Source: Planctomycetota bacterium | GTDB taxonomy: Bacteria > Planctomycetota > GCA-002687715 > CAIWVZ01 | DNA length: 64,000 nt | Reading direction: 5' to 3' | Assembly: GCA_044222185.1 (NCBI GenBank) | Contig: JBGANV010000001.1 | Location: forward strand, 1,472,001-1,536,000 | Program-made: the position numbers and the translations under genes | The notes under the pieces: generated by a model | The model's input: only the letters and a program-made list of their open reading frames with translations | The model's database searches: none | What the model was told of the DNA's origin: nothing | In this document: positions 41,882 to 50,912 of the stretch, one piece after another | Layout: the number at the start of each line of letters is the position of its first letter | Position numbering within the stretch: the first letter of the stretch is position 1

Positions 41882-42292
41882 ATGAACGTCGACGACCTGA
41901 TCGCCCTGGCCCGCAAGGCGCGCGCGCGCGCCCACGCGCCCTACTCGAAGTACAAGGTCGGGGCCGCGCTGCTCGGTCGCGACGGCCGCGTCTTCCTGGG
42001 CTGCAACGTCGAAAACGCGTCCTACGGCCTCACGGTCTGCGCCGAACGGAACGCCTACTTCCAGGCCGTTGCCGCCGGCTGCACGCAGTTCACGGATCTC
42101 GCGGTCGTGACGCGGGACGGGGCCTCCCTCTGTGGCGCCTGCCGGCAGGTGGCGCGAGAGTTCGGGACCGAACTTGCGATCCACCTCGCTCGGCCCACGG
42201 GTCGGGCTCACGGAACGACCCTCGCAAAGCTCCTGCCGGATTCCTTCGGCCCGCGCTTCACGCGCTGGCGCTCGCCCTCGAAGACCCGCTGA
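41882..42292 (+). CDS. cdd: cytidine deaminase (tetrameric type)
   Basis: APYSKYKVGAA, GCNVENASY, CAE, CGACRQ, LLPDSF. Confidence 0.96.
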   Translation: MNVDDLIALARKARARAHAPYSKYKVGAALLGRDGRVFLGCNVENASYGLTVCAERNAYFQAVAAGCTQFTDLAVVTRDGASLCGACRQVAREFGTELAIHLARPTGRAHGTTLAKLLPDSFGPRFTRWRSPSKTR

Positions 42293-42319
42293 GGCCATCG
42301 GAGGTCCGATCCGCCGGGT

Positions 42320-43102
42320 TCAGCCCTTGACCGCGTAGCCGATCAACGGGCTCGTGAGCCCCAGGCCCGTCCGCGCGCCGACGAGAGCGGGCGGCTCGAT
42401 GCCGAGCTCTCGCTTCCACCATTCCGCGTCCGTGAACACGGCGACCACGGGTTCGCGATCGATGTCGTGAAGGAACACGCGTGTTCCGGGGGCGAGTGCG
42501 CCCCAAAGCGCGCGGATGCACGAGCGGAAGCTCTCCTGCAGATCGACGTCCCAGAACGCAGCGGCGATCGGCGTGGCAGAGAGCTGGGGGAGCGACTGAT
42601 CGAACCAACCCTTCACGAAGCGCGTGCGGTCGATACGCCCGAACCGCTTCACGGTCGTCGTGACGAGGTCCAGACGCCCCTGGTACTCGCCCTTCTCGAA
42701 GTCCTTCTTCTTCTCCCAGTGATCCGAATCGGCGACGTCCGGAAGCCCCTCGAACGAATCGCACACGACGAGCTCACGCCCTGCAAAGGCGGCCGCGTGT
42801 CCGAGCTTGGCGCTGCTGCCGCCGAGGAACGCGCCGCATTCGATCACGACGCCGGGTTGCGCGGGCGACAGCTCGATCACTGACTCCATCACGTGGAGCA
42901 GTTCGGCTGGATTGTGACCGCATTCGACGCGCAGGTGGATCCAGATCGCCCGGGCCGCGAGCGCGACCCGCGTGCCGACACCGGCGCGTCGTCCAACGAG
43001 ACCACGAGCCACGAACGCGACGTGCGCCGGGAGCGCGACGAGGACCGCACCAAGCTGCCAGCGGAGGAAGTAGAGGGCACGGTGGAGAGGCGTACGGCTC
43101 AT
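42320..43102 (-). CDS. TylF/MycF/NovP-like O-methyltransferase
   Basis: IECGAFLGGS, DSFEGLP, VKGWFDQSL, DVDL. Confidence 0.85.
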   Translation of the reverse strand: MSRTPLHRALYFLRWQLGAVLVALPAHVAFVARGLVGRRAGVGTRVALAARAIWIHLRVECGHNPAELLHVMESVIELSPAQPGVVIECGAFLGGSSAKLGHAAAFAGRELVVCDSFEGLPDVADSDHWEKKKDFEKGEYQGRLDLVTTTVKRFGRIDRTRFVKGWFDQSLPQLSATPIAAAFWDVDLQESFRSCIRALWGALAPGTRVFLHDIDREPVVAVFTDAEWWKRELGIEPPALVGARTGLGLTSPLIGYAVKG

Positions 43103-43229
43103 GCGTGCCGGCAGGCTAACGCGTCACGGCCAGGAAACTCCGCGAGGCCGGCGCCGCGCCAGTTCGCGAAGCGGCGGTGGGCCATAGGCGCGGAGTCTCA
43201 GATCACTGCGTGCGCACTGGCGTGAGATC

Positions 43230-44831
43230 TCAGGGCAGCGGCCATCCCTGCGGCTTGTTGCGGTACCGGACCGTGAGGTACGTCGACCGGTATGCGGCCA
43301 TCGGGACGCCGGGCGCCGTGAGATAGGTAACGAGTACGAACATCTCGTCGTGAGGCGTCGCGCTCCCCGCGAGCGGGATCGTCAGGTTGTTGAACGTCGG
43401 CTGGCGCTGTCCGAGCGTGTAGCCATGGGGAAACGCCGCCGGGTCCAGTGCCACAGTGCCGATGATCGCCTCGTACCCGGGCGTGGCGAGGGCGTTCGAG
43501 ACGAACGCAATCGGGCCATCGGTGGTGTACGTGCCGGGTGCGAACGGGACCGGGGTGTTGTACTGCCAGCTAGCGCTGTTGAATGTGGCGAGCCCACCTT
43601 GCGCTCGAAAGAGTCCCCAGCCGTTCGGGACGAATATGCCGTTCTGGTCGAGCTTGATGTGACAATTGAAGTTGGTGTTGGTGTACACGTCGACGACCGA
43701 GAAAACGCCACCGTCCAGCTCATTGATGGAGAGCGAGCGCTTCGAGACGTAGTTGTTCCCCCAAACCGTCCTGCGGAGCGGGATCGTCTCCGTGAGCTGC
43801 AGCGTCTCAGCCGGATCGTGAATGCGGATGTCGCCGCGGCGATCGGACGAATTCGGCGGTGGGTTGCCGCTGATCTGCGGCAGATTGATTTGGGCTGCGG
43901 TCGCCCATACGTTCAGTCCGTCGAAGTGGAACCCCGTCGGCGGGTTCGGAACCGATCCGAACAGGATCTGCGGAACGAAGCTGTACAGCGTGTTCGCGGT
44001 GATCTGCATCGGGTAGCCGCAGTTCGAGATGTCGTTGCCGCTGACGACGCACGGGGACCCCGCCGCAACACCGATGACGGCAGCGCCGTCCGATCGAACG
44101 GAGATTGCGTTCAGGACGTCACCATTGCCGAAGCCCCAGAACGAACCCGGGATGGCGATCATCACGTTCGACGGGCCGTTGCTCCAGAGCACGTCGCACG
44201 AGTTGAAACCGGCCAGCGCCCCCCCCATGCTTCGGATCGCCGACACGGACGTGGCGCTCACCGTGAACAACACCGGCAGAGCGGGTGACATCTCCCACGA
44301 CAATCCCTCGAGGTCATCGGAAGTCGACGCCCCCAGAGCCGCAGTCACCTCGAACGGACCGACCGTTGTCATCTGTGCCACCGGCGTCATCCCCGCCGTC
44401 GCTGGATAGGCGGTGCCCGTACTCATTCCGGAGCTCCAGTCCCAGCCGTACACGCGGTGCTTCTTGTAGATGCTCGGGCTGGTCGTCATCGGGTCGACCG
44501 TCATCTCCAAGCGGTGATGCCTCCCGCCGACGCCGCTCTGAAGGACGCTCCATTCTCCGAAGACGTCGTTCGCATAGGAGATCGCCACGATCTCCACGCC
44601 CGACGGAAGTCCGAGCGCGGCCGGCGTGAGCTGGACCTGGGTCGCCGCCGACGCGGCCGCTCTCGCGAGCTTGCACGCGGTGTCCGGGGCGGTCACCGAC
44701 GGTGAGCCGGCCTTCATCGTGCCCTGGAAGTAGAACCCGGTGTCGTCCGCCGGATCTGGCACGAACTGACCCACGGCAAGGGAGGATAGAGAGGCGATCA
44801 GCGCGCAAATGGCCGCAAAGTGATTTCGCAT
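43230..44831 (-). CDS. secreted protein of unrecognised family, paralogue A
   Basis: Signal peptide ending AVG-Q; colinear similarity with 50913..52562; alternative GTG start at 44843. Confidence 0.85.
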   Translation of the reverse strand: MRNHFAAICALIASLSSLAVGQFVPDPADDTGFYFQGTMKAGSPSVTAPDTACKLARAAASAATQVQLTPAALGLPSGVEIVAISYANDVFGEWSVLQSGVGGRHHRLEMTVDPMTTSPSIYKKHRVYGWDWSSGMSTGTAYPATAGMTPVAQMTTVGPFEVTAALGASTSDDLEGLSWEMSPALPVLFTVSATSVSAIRSMGGALAGFNSCDVLWSNGPSNVMIAIPGSFWGFGNGDVLNAISVRSDGAAVIGVAAGSPCVVSGNDISNCGYPMQITANTLYSFVPQILFGSVPNPPTGFHFDGLNVWATAAQINLPQISGNPPPNSSDRRGDIRIHDPAETLQLTETIPLRRTVWGNNYVSKRSLSINELDGGVFSVVDVYTNTNFNCHIKLDQNGIFVPNGWGLFRAQGGLATFNSASWQYNTPVPFAPGTYTTDGPIAFVSNALATPGYEAIIGTVALDPAAFPHGYTLGQRQPTFNNLTIPLAGSATPHDEMFVLVTYLTAPGVPMAAYRSTYLTVRYRNKPQGWPLP

Positions 44832-44938
44832 GCTCTGACTCACGTCGAACGGAAGATTGGCGGATTGACGGTCATGGGTGTGGCCCAGGCGAACCGCAGC
44901 GCAGGACCAGACCGGGACAGGAAGCAGGGTTTCACCAT

Positions 44939-44966
44939 TACTTGGGAGCCCGTCAAAAATCCGGAC
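44939..44966 (-). promoter_or_regulatory. putative ECF promoter GTCCG-N16-CCAAGTA (copy A)
   Basis: Same motif and spacing upstream of paralogue B. Confidence 0.7.
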
Positions 44967-44981
44967 TCGAAAACGCGGAGT

Positions 44982-47501
44982 CTACTCGAGGGGCCTCGCC
45001 GGACGGACACCCACGTCCCGAGCCGTGTCCGTTTCCATCTGGAAATTGCGGCAACTGCTCCGTGAATCGACCACGTCGGAATGCATGGACCCGCCCCGGA
45101 CGATCCGCAACCGCTCGGAGACCGCGGGTGTCCGCAGGCCATCGCCGCGGCGGGGTGCAGCCGCGGCGTAGCTGCGGACGAGATCGTCCTCGCACCATTC
45201 CGCCACATTTCCGTGGCAATCGAACAAACCGATCGGGTTCGGTCGGAACGAGCCCACGGGTGCGTGGAGGTGACGGTGGTCGTCGAACGGCGCGGGGCGA
45301 ATCACAGTCCAATAGGAGGGTCCCATCTCCACCCCCGCGATGTTGGCGAAGCCCTCGGTGTCCGCCGGCTGTCGGCCGCAAGACCACGGCGTCGACGTCC
45401 CACCGCGACACGCCATCTCCCATTGCGCCTCGGTCGGCAGCGCCATCCCGGCATGGGTGATCCGCGTCTTCGCCTCCGTCCATGCGATGAACTCCACCGG
45501 GTGCAAGAGCGTCACGGAACGGCCCTCGTCCGTTCCGGACCCATGCAGGGTTCCGGGCGGGTAGTAGGACGGGTTCCGCCCCTCGTCGAGACGGGCCCAT
45601 TGATCCTGCGTCAGCTCGTACTTCGAGATGAAGTAGGGGTCCAACGTGACCTCCCCCCCGGGCGCCTCGAATGCCATGTCGGCCCATTGGTCATCCTCGG
45701 ACGCGCCCAACTCGAAGTTCCCGCCTGGAAGCAGGACCAGAACGATGCCGGCCCCCAGGGCGGCGACTCCCCCGCGCTGAGGGTCGAACGGAGGTCGCGC
45801 GCCGCTCTCCACGTGCCAGAACTCGTACAGCCCCGTCGACTCGTTCAGACCCAATGGGATCAAACCCAACTGAGGCCGGACCTCGAGCCCGTGGTACTTC
45901 GGGGAGGTTCGGATTGCCTGGATGCATCGAGCCCAATCGCTCGCAGCGTCATGACGCAGCGTGCGCTCCTGTAGCGTGGACGCACGCTGCCGTCGCTCGG
46001 CGACCATCGCCCGTCGGTCGCGCAGCCGACCAAGTCCCGCCAGGAGCTCCGACAGGACGTCGTCGAAGTAGGCATCCGTTTCCAGAGCATAGTGCCGGGA
46101 CTCGGGTCCGTCGGGGATCGCTCCGTCGCGCAAGCGGGAGCGGGCCGACTCGTGAAGCGTCTGGCGCGCGAGCTTGGCGTCCGCTTCACGAAGCCACTGA
46201 TCGCAGGGCTCGACGAGCGCCGGCCCGACGGGCCACAGCCTCACCTCCCGATCGAGCAGGTCCCGAACGTGACGGATGTCCGCAACTTGATCGCGTTCCT
46301 CGATCGTTTGCGCCTGACGCGCGTTCATGTAGGCGAAGCTGCAGAGGCCGGCGGCGAGCACGACGATGAGGGCGGACGAGGCCGCGGCCATTCCCGGCTC
46401 CCGCCGGGCCCAGGAAAACAGCCGTACGAGGGGTCCCGCCGGCTTCGCGTGCACGGGCTCGAACTCGCACACGCGCCGGAGGTCGTCTGCGAGATCGAGC
46501 GCGGTGCGGTAGCGAAGACGGAGATCCGGGGCGAGCGCCGTCGCGATCACGACATCCAGAGACCGGCTCGTCGCCGGGTTCAGGCGCCGTGCGGAGGTTG
46601 GCGACGACATCGCCGATGCGCGCAGGGCCTCGAACGTCGGGCCCTCGCGCGGGAGCCGTCCCGTCACGAGCTGATAGAGGATCACGCCGAGGGCGTAGAC
46701 GTCGACGCGGCGATCGATGCCGGGTTGCCCCAGGATCTGCTCCGGCGCCATGTAGGGCGGCGTTCCGAACACGGCTCCCGACGCGGTGAGCGTCGCGCCA
46801 TCCGACACCTCGTCGCGTGCGAGCCCGAAGTCCAGCACGACGGGATGTCCGTCCCGCCCGACGATGATGTTGGACGGCTTGAGGTCCCGGTGGATCACGC
46901 CGGCCTCGTGCACGACGTGTACCGCCCGCGCAACCTCTTCGATGAACCGGGCGTGCCCGTGAAGGTCGGCCCGAGTCGCCCGCGGCAGGCCCGAATCAGC
47001 GAGTCGCGCCGACAGCGGCGCCCCTTCCACGTACCGCATCGCCATCCACGCCCGTCCGCGGTCTCGACCGACCTCGAACACGGTGCAGACACCGGGGTGA
47101 TCCACGCGCGACGCAGTCTCGGCTTCACGTCGGAATCGCAGCAGCGCGTCGTCAGCGGACGCGAATCCGCGATGAAGGATCTTCAATGCGACCTGCCGCT
47201 TCAGCCGCGTGTCATCGGCGAGCCACACTTCGCCTTGCCCGCCGCGACCGATGGGGCGAAGCAGCCGATATGCGCCGACGCGCAAGGGATCGTCTGCCGG
47301 CGGTGGCGATTCAGCTGTCGTACCATCCGGGTGCTTCGACCCGCTGGTGACGGCATCCCGAGCCCGCTGCGCAGCCGCGGTCCGCGCCGGATCCCCGTCG
47401 CCGAACGTCGACAAGTCGTCCGTGCGGCCGTCAGCCTTGGCCGCGAGCAACCGCTCCAACGCCTCGATCTCCAGTCTCTCGTCCCGGTCCTTCGGATCCA
47501 T
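44982..47501 (-). CDS. membrane Ser/Thr kinase with C-terminal FGE-sulfatase (SUMF1) domain, A
   Basis: GRGGQGEV, VALKIL, HRDLKPSN, DFGLA, GTPPYMAPE; TM; LPTEAQWE, PNPIGLFDCHGNVAEW, RGGS. Confidence 0.95.
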   Translation of the reverse strand: MDPKDRDERLEIEALERLLAAKADGRTDDLSTFGDGDPARTAAAQRARDAVTSGSKHPDGTTAESPPPADDPLRVGAYRLLRPIGRGGQGEVWLADDTRLKRQVALKILHRGFASADDALLRFRREAETASRVDHPGVCTVFEVGRDRGRAWMAMRYVEGAPLSARLADSGLPRATRADLHGHARFIEEVARAVHVVHEAGVIHRDLKPSNIIVGRDGHPVVLDFGLARDEVSDGATLTASGAVFGTPPYMAPEQILGQPGIDRRVDVYALGVILYQLVTGRLPREGPTFEALRASAMSSPTSARRLNPATSRSLDVVIATALAPDLRLRYRTALDLADDLRRVCEFEPVHAKPAGPLVRLFSWARREPGMAAASSALIVVLAAGLCSFAYMNARQAQTIEERDQVADIRHVRDLLDREVRLWPVGPALVEPCDQWLREADAKLARQTLHESARSRLRDGAIPDGPESRHYALETDAYFDDVLSELLAGLGRLRDRRAMVAERRQRASTLQERTLRHDAASDWARCIQAIRTSPKYHGLEVRPQLGLIPLGLNESTGLYEFWHVESGARPPFDPQRGGVAALGAGIVLVLLPGGNFELGASEDDQWADMAFEAPGGEVTLDPYFISKYELTQDQWARLDEGRNPSYYPPGTLHGSGTDEGRSVTLLHPVEFIAWTEAKTRITHAGMALPTEAQWEMACRGGTSTPWSCGRQPADTEGFANIAGVEMGPSYWTVIRPAPFDDHRHLHAPVGSFRPNPIGLFDCHGNVAEWCEDDLVRSYAAAAPRRGDGLRTPAVSERLRIVRGGSMHSDVVDSRSSCRNFQMETDTARDVGVRPARPLE

Positions 47502-47578
47502 CGCGCTTCCGCCCTCCCGACGGTTTCCCTTCGACGATCGCTCCCCGCTCACTCCCGCGGATCAGGTCCGTGCGTCGA

Positions 47579-48163
47579 TCACGCGAAGAGGTCCGTGGGT
47601 GGACGCCAGTCCTGGATCTTCCGCACGAGCCTCTGCCATCGCTTTTCCACGGCATCCCGCGTGACGCCGAGAACTTCGGCGGTCTCCGAATGGCCGAGCC
47701 CCTCGAGCCCCCGATAGATGAGGAGCATTCGGTCGTCGTCATCCAATTCGTCGAGCTTCGTGACGAAACCTCGCAGGCCTTCGTCGCGGGCAAACCGGCG
47801 ACTCACACTGGTGACGTCGTCTGGCAGTTGATCCAGCAGGTCACGACTCGACACGTCGAGGTGGGCGGGCTTGGCACCCGGCCGGGCGGCGCTGGCGAGA
47901 ATCTCGCGCAGGACGTTGTTCGCGACTCCGAACACCCACCGCCGGAAGGCACCACGCGAAGGATCGAAGGTGTGGAACCTCTCGTAGGCGCGGCAGCAGA
48001 CCTCCTGCACGAGGTCCTCCGGGTCGATGAAACCGCGTAGGGCGCGCCTCACGCGGAGCGAGGCCCAGGCCACGAGGGTCGGTGCGCACTCCGTGTAGAG
48101 CGCGGCAAAACTCGGCTGCTTCGTCGTCGGACCGGGTGACGATCCCGCGTCGGGTGGCGGCAT
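47579..48163 (-). CDS. ECF RNA polymerase sigma factor
   Basis: Sigma2 (DPEDLVQE...FRRWVFGVANN) and sigma4 (EGLGHSETAEVLG...AVEKRWQR). Confidence 0.93.
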   Translation of the reverse strand: MPPPDAGSSPGPTTKQPSFAALYTECAPTLVAWASLRVRRALRGFIDPEDLVQEVCCRAYERFHTFDPSRGAFRRWVFGVANNVLREILASAARPGAKPAHLDVSSRDLLDQLPDDVTSVSRRFARDEGLRGFVTKLDELDDDDRMLLIYRGLEGLGHSETAEVLGVTRDAVEKRWQRLVRKIQDWRPPTDLFA

Positions 48164-48247
48164 GGGCGACAGACTATCAGAAGCGCCGCGTCCGCCGATA
48201 CCTTCGCCAGAGCGCGGACTCGCCGCTGCCGATAGGATGCTCCGCCT

Positions 48248-50776
48248 ATGGACCCCACCGAACGCGACATCGCACTCGACATCGAAGCCCTCGAGCTCGT
48301 GCTTTCAGCTCGGGCCCAAGGCAGGCACGAGGATCTCGTCGAGTTCGCCGCTCGCGACGAAGCCCATGCGGCCGCAGCCGCGCGGACGCGCGCGGCGCTC
48401 GCGAACGGCTCCACCAGACCCGAGCAATCGCCGACCTGGAGTGCGGACCCGCTCACGCTCGGCGCCGCTACGTTCGGGCCCTACAGGCCGATCCAATCAC
48501 TCGGCCGGGGCGGCCAGGGCGAGGTCTGGCTGGCCGAGGACACCCGGCTCAAGCGCCACGTCGCGCTCAAGATCCTCCATCACGGGCTCGCCATGGCGGA
48601 CGACGCACTCCTGCGGTTTCGCCGAGAAGCCGAGGTTGCGTCGCGACTGGATCACCCCGGGCTGTGTACGGTGTTCGAGGTGGGCCGCGAGGGCGGACGC
48701 GCGTGGATGGCCATGCGATACGTCGAAGGCGAATCCCTCGCCCGCCTCATCAGCGCACACCCGGAGCCACCGTCGAACCGTGCGGACATGAACGGCTGGC
48801 TCAAGCTCGTGGAGGAAATCGCACGGGCCATGCACGCCGCCCACGAAGGCGGGGTGATCCACCGCGACCTGAAGCCGTCCAACGTCATCGTCGGGCGCGA
48901 CGGTCATCCCGTCGTCCTCGACTTCGGACTTGCGCGAGACGAGGTCTCCACCGGATCGACGCTGACCGCCACGGGCGCGGTGTTCGGCACGCCCTGGTTC
49001 ATGGCTCCGGAGCAGCTCCTCGGCCAGTCGACCGTGGACCGGCGCGTCGACGTGTACGCCCTGGGCGCGATCCTTCATCTCGCGTTGACGGGCCATTATC
49101 CCCGCGAGGGGCCGACGTTCGAGGCCATTCGGGCGCTGGCCCACGCTCCCATCACGCCGCCGCGGAGCCTGAACGCGGCGATCGGACGCCCGCTGGAAAT
49201 CGTCATCCAGACGGCACTCGCCGTGGATCTCGGACTGAGGTACCGCACGGCACTCGACCTCGCCGAGGATCTCCGTCGTGTCCGCGAACTCGAGCCGATC
49301 CTGGCGCGACCCGCCAGTGCACTGACCAGGCTCGCATTCTGGGCCCGGCGAAATCGCGCGCTTTCCACGTCGCTGGCTGCGCTGTTCCTCGTCCTCGTCG
49401 CGGGCCTCGCGGCCGTCACGTACTACGCGGTGTTGCAGCAGCGCACGCTGAACGAACGCGACCAGGTCTCCGACATCCGAAGCGTCAACGCGCTGCTGGA
49501 ACGGGAGGGCGACCTCTTCCCCATCGGTCCCACCATCGTCGCAGCCGGCGAGACGTGGCTCCGCGACACGGACCGCTACCTCTCTCGCGAGGAGATGCAC
49601 CGCGCGTCACGCGAGCGCCTGCGGACGCAGGCGCTCGGCACCGGACCCGACAACAGGCCCAGATACGCGGACGAGGTTCGCGCGTACACGGACGACGTGC
49701 TGTCGGACCTGATCACGTCGCTGGAGCGGCTCCGCGCACGCCGTACCGTGGTCGCGGAGCGCATCGATCGCTCGCGCACGCTCGAGGCGCGGACCATCGG
49801 CCCGGAAATTCAGGGCGCATGGAACGAGTGCATCGCAACCATTCGGTCATCACCGAAGTACGCCGGGCTGGAACTGAAACCGCAACTCGGACTGGTCCCC
49901 CTGGGTGTGAACCCTCAGTCCGGCCTCTACGAGTTCTGGCACGTGGAGACCGGGTCCCGGCCAGTGTTCGACGCTGCACGCGGAGGCGCCGTCCCAGGTC
50001 CCGGCATGGGCGTGACGATGGTCCTCCTGCCAGCCAGCACGTTCGTCATGGGCGCCTCGCCCGACGATGAGTTCGCCGACACACGTTTCGAGGTTCCGAC
50101 GCAGAACGTCACGCTCGGTGCGTTCTTCATCTCGAAGTTCGAGTTGACGCAGGATCAGTGGTCGCGCGTCGACGGGGGGCGGAACCCGTCCTATTACTTC
50201 CCGGGAACGGACCGAGGCAGCAGCACCAAGGAGGGGTTGTCCGTGACTCTGCTCCACCCGGTCGAATCGGTGTCGTGGCTCGAGTCCGTGCGCGTCCTTG
50301 GTCGGGTCGGCCTCGCCCTGCCCACGGAATCCCAGTGGGAATACGCGGCGCGCGGAGGAACGACCACGCGGTGGACCCCCGGCGACCGTCCAGAGGAACT
50401 GGAGGGGTTTGCGAACGTCGCCGGGCTCGAGCGGGACCCGTCGTTCTGGGTCACGATCAAGCACCCCCCCTTCAACGATGGCCGCGTCCTTCATGCCCCT
50501 GTCGGGACCTACAAGCCGAATCCGTTCGGTCTCTTTGACTGCTGCGGGAACGTCTGCGAATGGTGTGCGGACATGCTCGTTCGAAGCTACCCGAGCGTGC
50601 GGCCGCGCTCGGTCGACGGCCTGCGCACACCGGAAAAGCCGGACCACAACCGGATGATGCGGGGCGGATCGGCCCAATTGGAGATCGCACTCACGCGTTC
50701 CTCGCAGCGCTTCTGGCAACTCGAAAACTCCACCGCCAGGGATCTGGGCCTGCGCCCCGCGCGCCCCGTCGACTGA
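48248..50776 (+). CDS. membrane Ser/Thr kinase with C-terminal FGE-sulfatase (SUMF1) domain, B
   Basis: Same kinase motifs (HRDLKPSN, DFGLA, GTPWFMAPE); TM; LPTESQWEYA, PNPFGLFDCCGNVCEW, RGGS. Confidence 0.95.
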   Translation: MDPTERDIALDIEALELVLSARAQGRHEDLVEFAARDEAHAAAAARTRAALANGSTRPEQSPTWSADPLTLGAATFGPYRPIQSLGRGGQGEVWLAEDTRLKRHVALKILHHGLAMADDALLRFRREAEVASRLDHPGLCTVFEVGREGGRAWMAMRYVEGESLARLISAHPEPPSNRADMNGWLKLVEEIARAMHAAHEGGVIHRDLKPSNVIVGRDGHPVVLDFGLARDEVSTGSTLTATGAVFGTPWFMAPEQLLGQSTVDRRVDVYALGAILHLALTGHYPREGPTFEAIRALAHAPITPPRSLNAAIGRPLEIVIQTALAVDLGLRYRTALDLAEDLRRVRELEPILARPASALTRLAFWARRNRALSTSLAALFLVLVAGLAAVTYYAVLQQRTLNERDQVSDIRSVNALLEREGDLFPIGPTIVAAGETWLRDTDRYLSREEMHRASRERLRTQALGTGPDNRPRYADEVRAYTDDVLSDLITSLERLRARRTVVAERIDRSRTLEARTIGPEIQGAWNECIATIRSSPKYAGLELKPQLGLVPLGVNPQSGLYEFWHVETGSRPVFDAARGGAVPGPGMGVTMVLLPASTFVMGASPDDEFADTRFEVPTQNVTLGAFFISKFELTQDQWSRVDGGRNPSYYFPGTDRGSSTKEGLSVTLLHPVESVSWLESVRVLGRVGLALPTESQWEYAARGGTTTRWTPGDRPEELEGFANVAGLERDPSFWVTIKHPPFNDGRVLHAPVGTYKPNPFGLFDCCGNVCEWCADMLVRSYPSVRPRSVDGLRTPEKPDHNRMMRGGSAQLEIALTRSSQRFWQLENSTARDLGLRPARPVD

Positions 50777-50791
50777 TCCCGCCATTTTTTT

Positions 50792-50819
50792 GTCCGACCT
50801 CGCGCGCGATCGCCAAGTA
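50792..50819 (+). promoter_or_regulatory. putative ECF promoter GTCCG-N16-CCAAGTA (copy B)
   Basis: Same motif and spacing upstream of paralogue A. Confidence 0.7.
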
Positions 50820-50912
50820 GCCAAATCGGCTCACGTGGATGTGTTGCGCAACGACGGTGCTGCGGACACGATTGGGCCGACCGCCTCCAACCACTACAGC
50901 AAGAACTTCATC

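Noticed and set aside
44982-50776. Diversity-generating retroelement acting on the FGE/CLec C-termini
   Set aside because: No reverse transcriptase or template repeat in the window, and the differences between the two C-termini are not adenine-specific. A remote DGR cannot be excluded without the genome.
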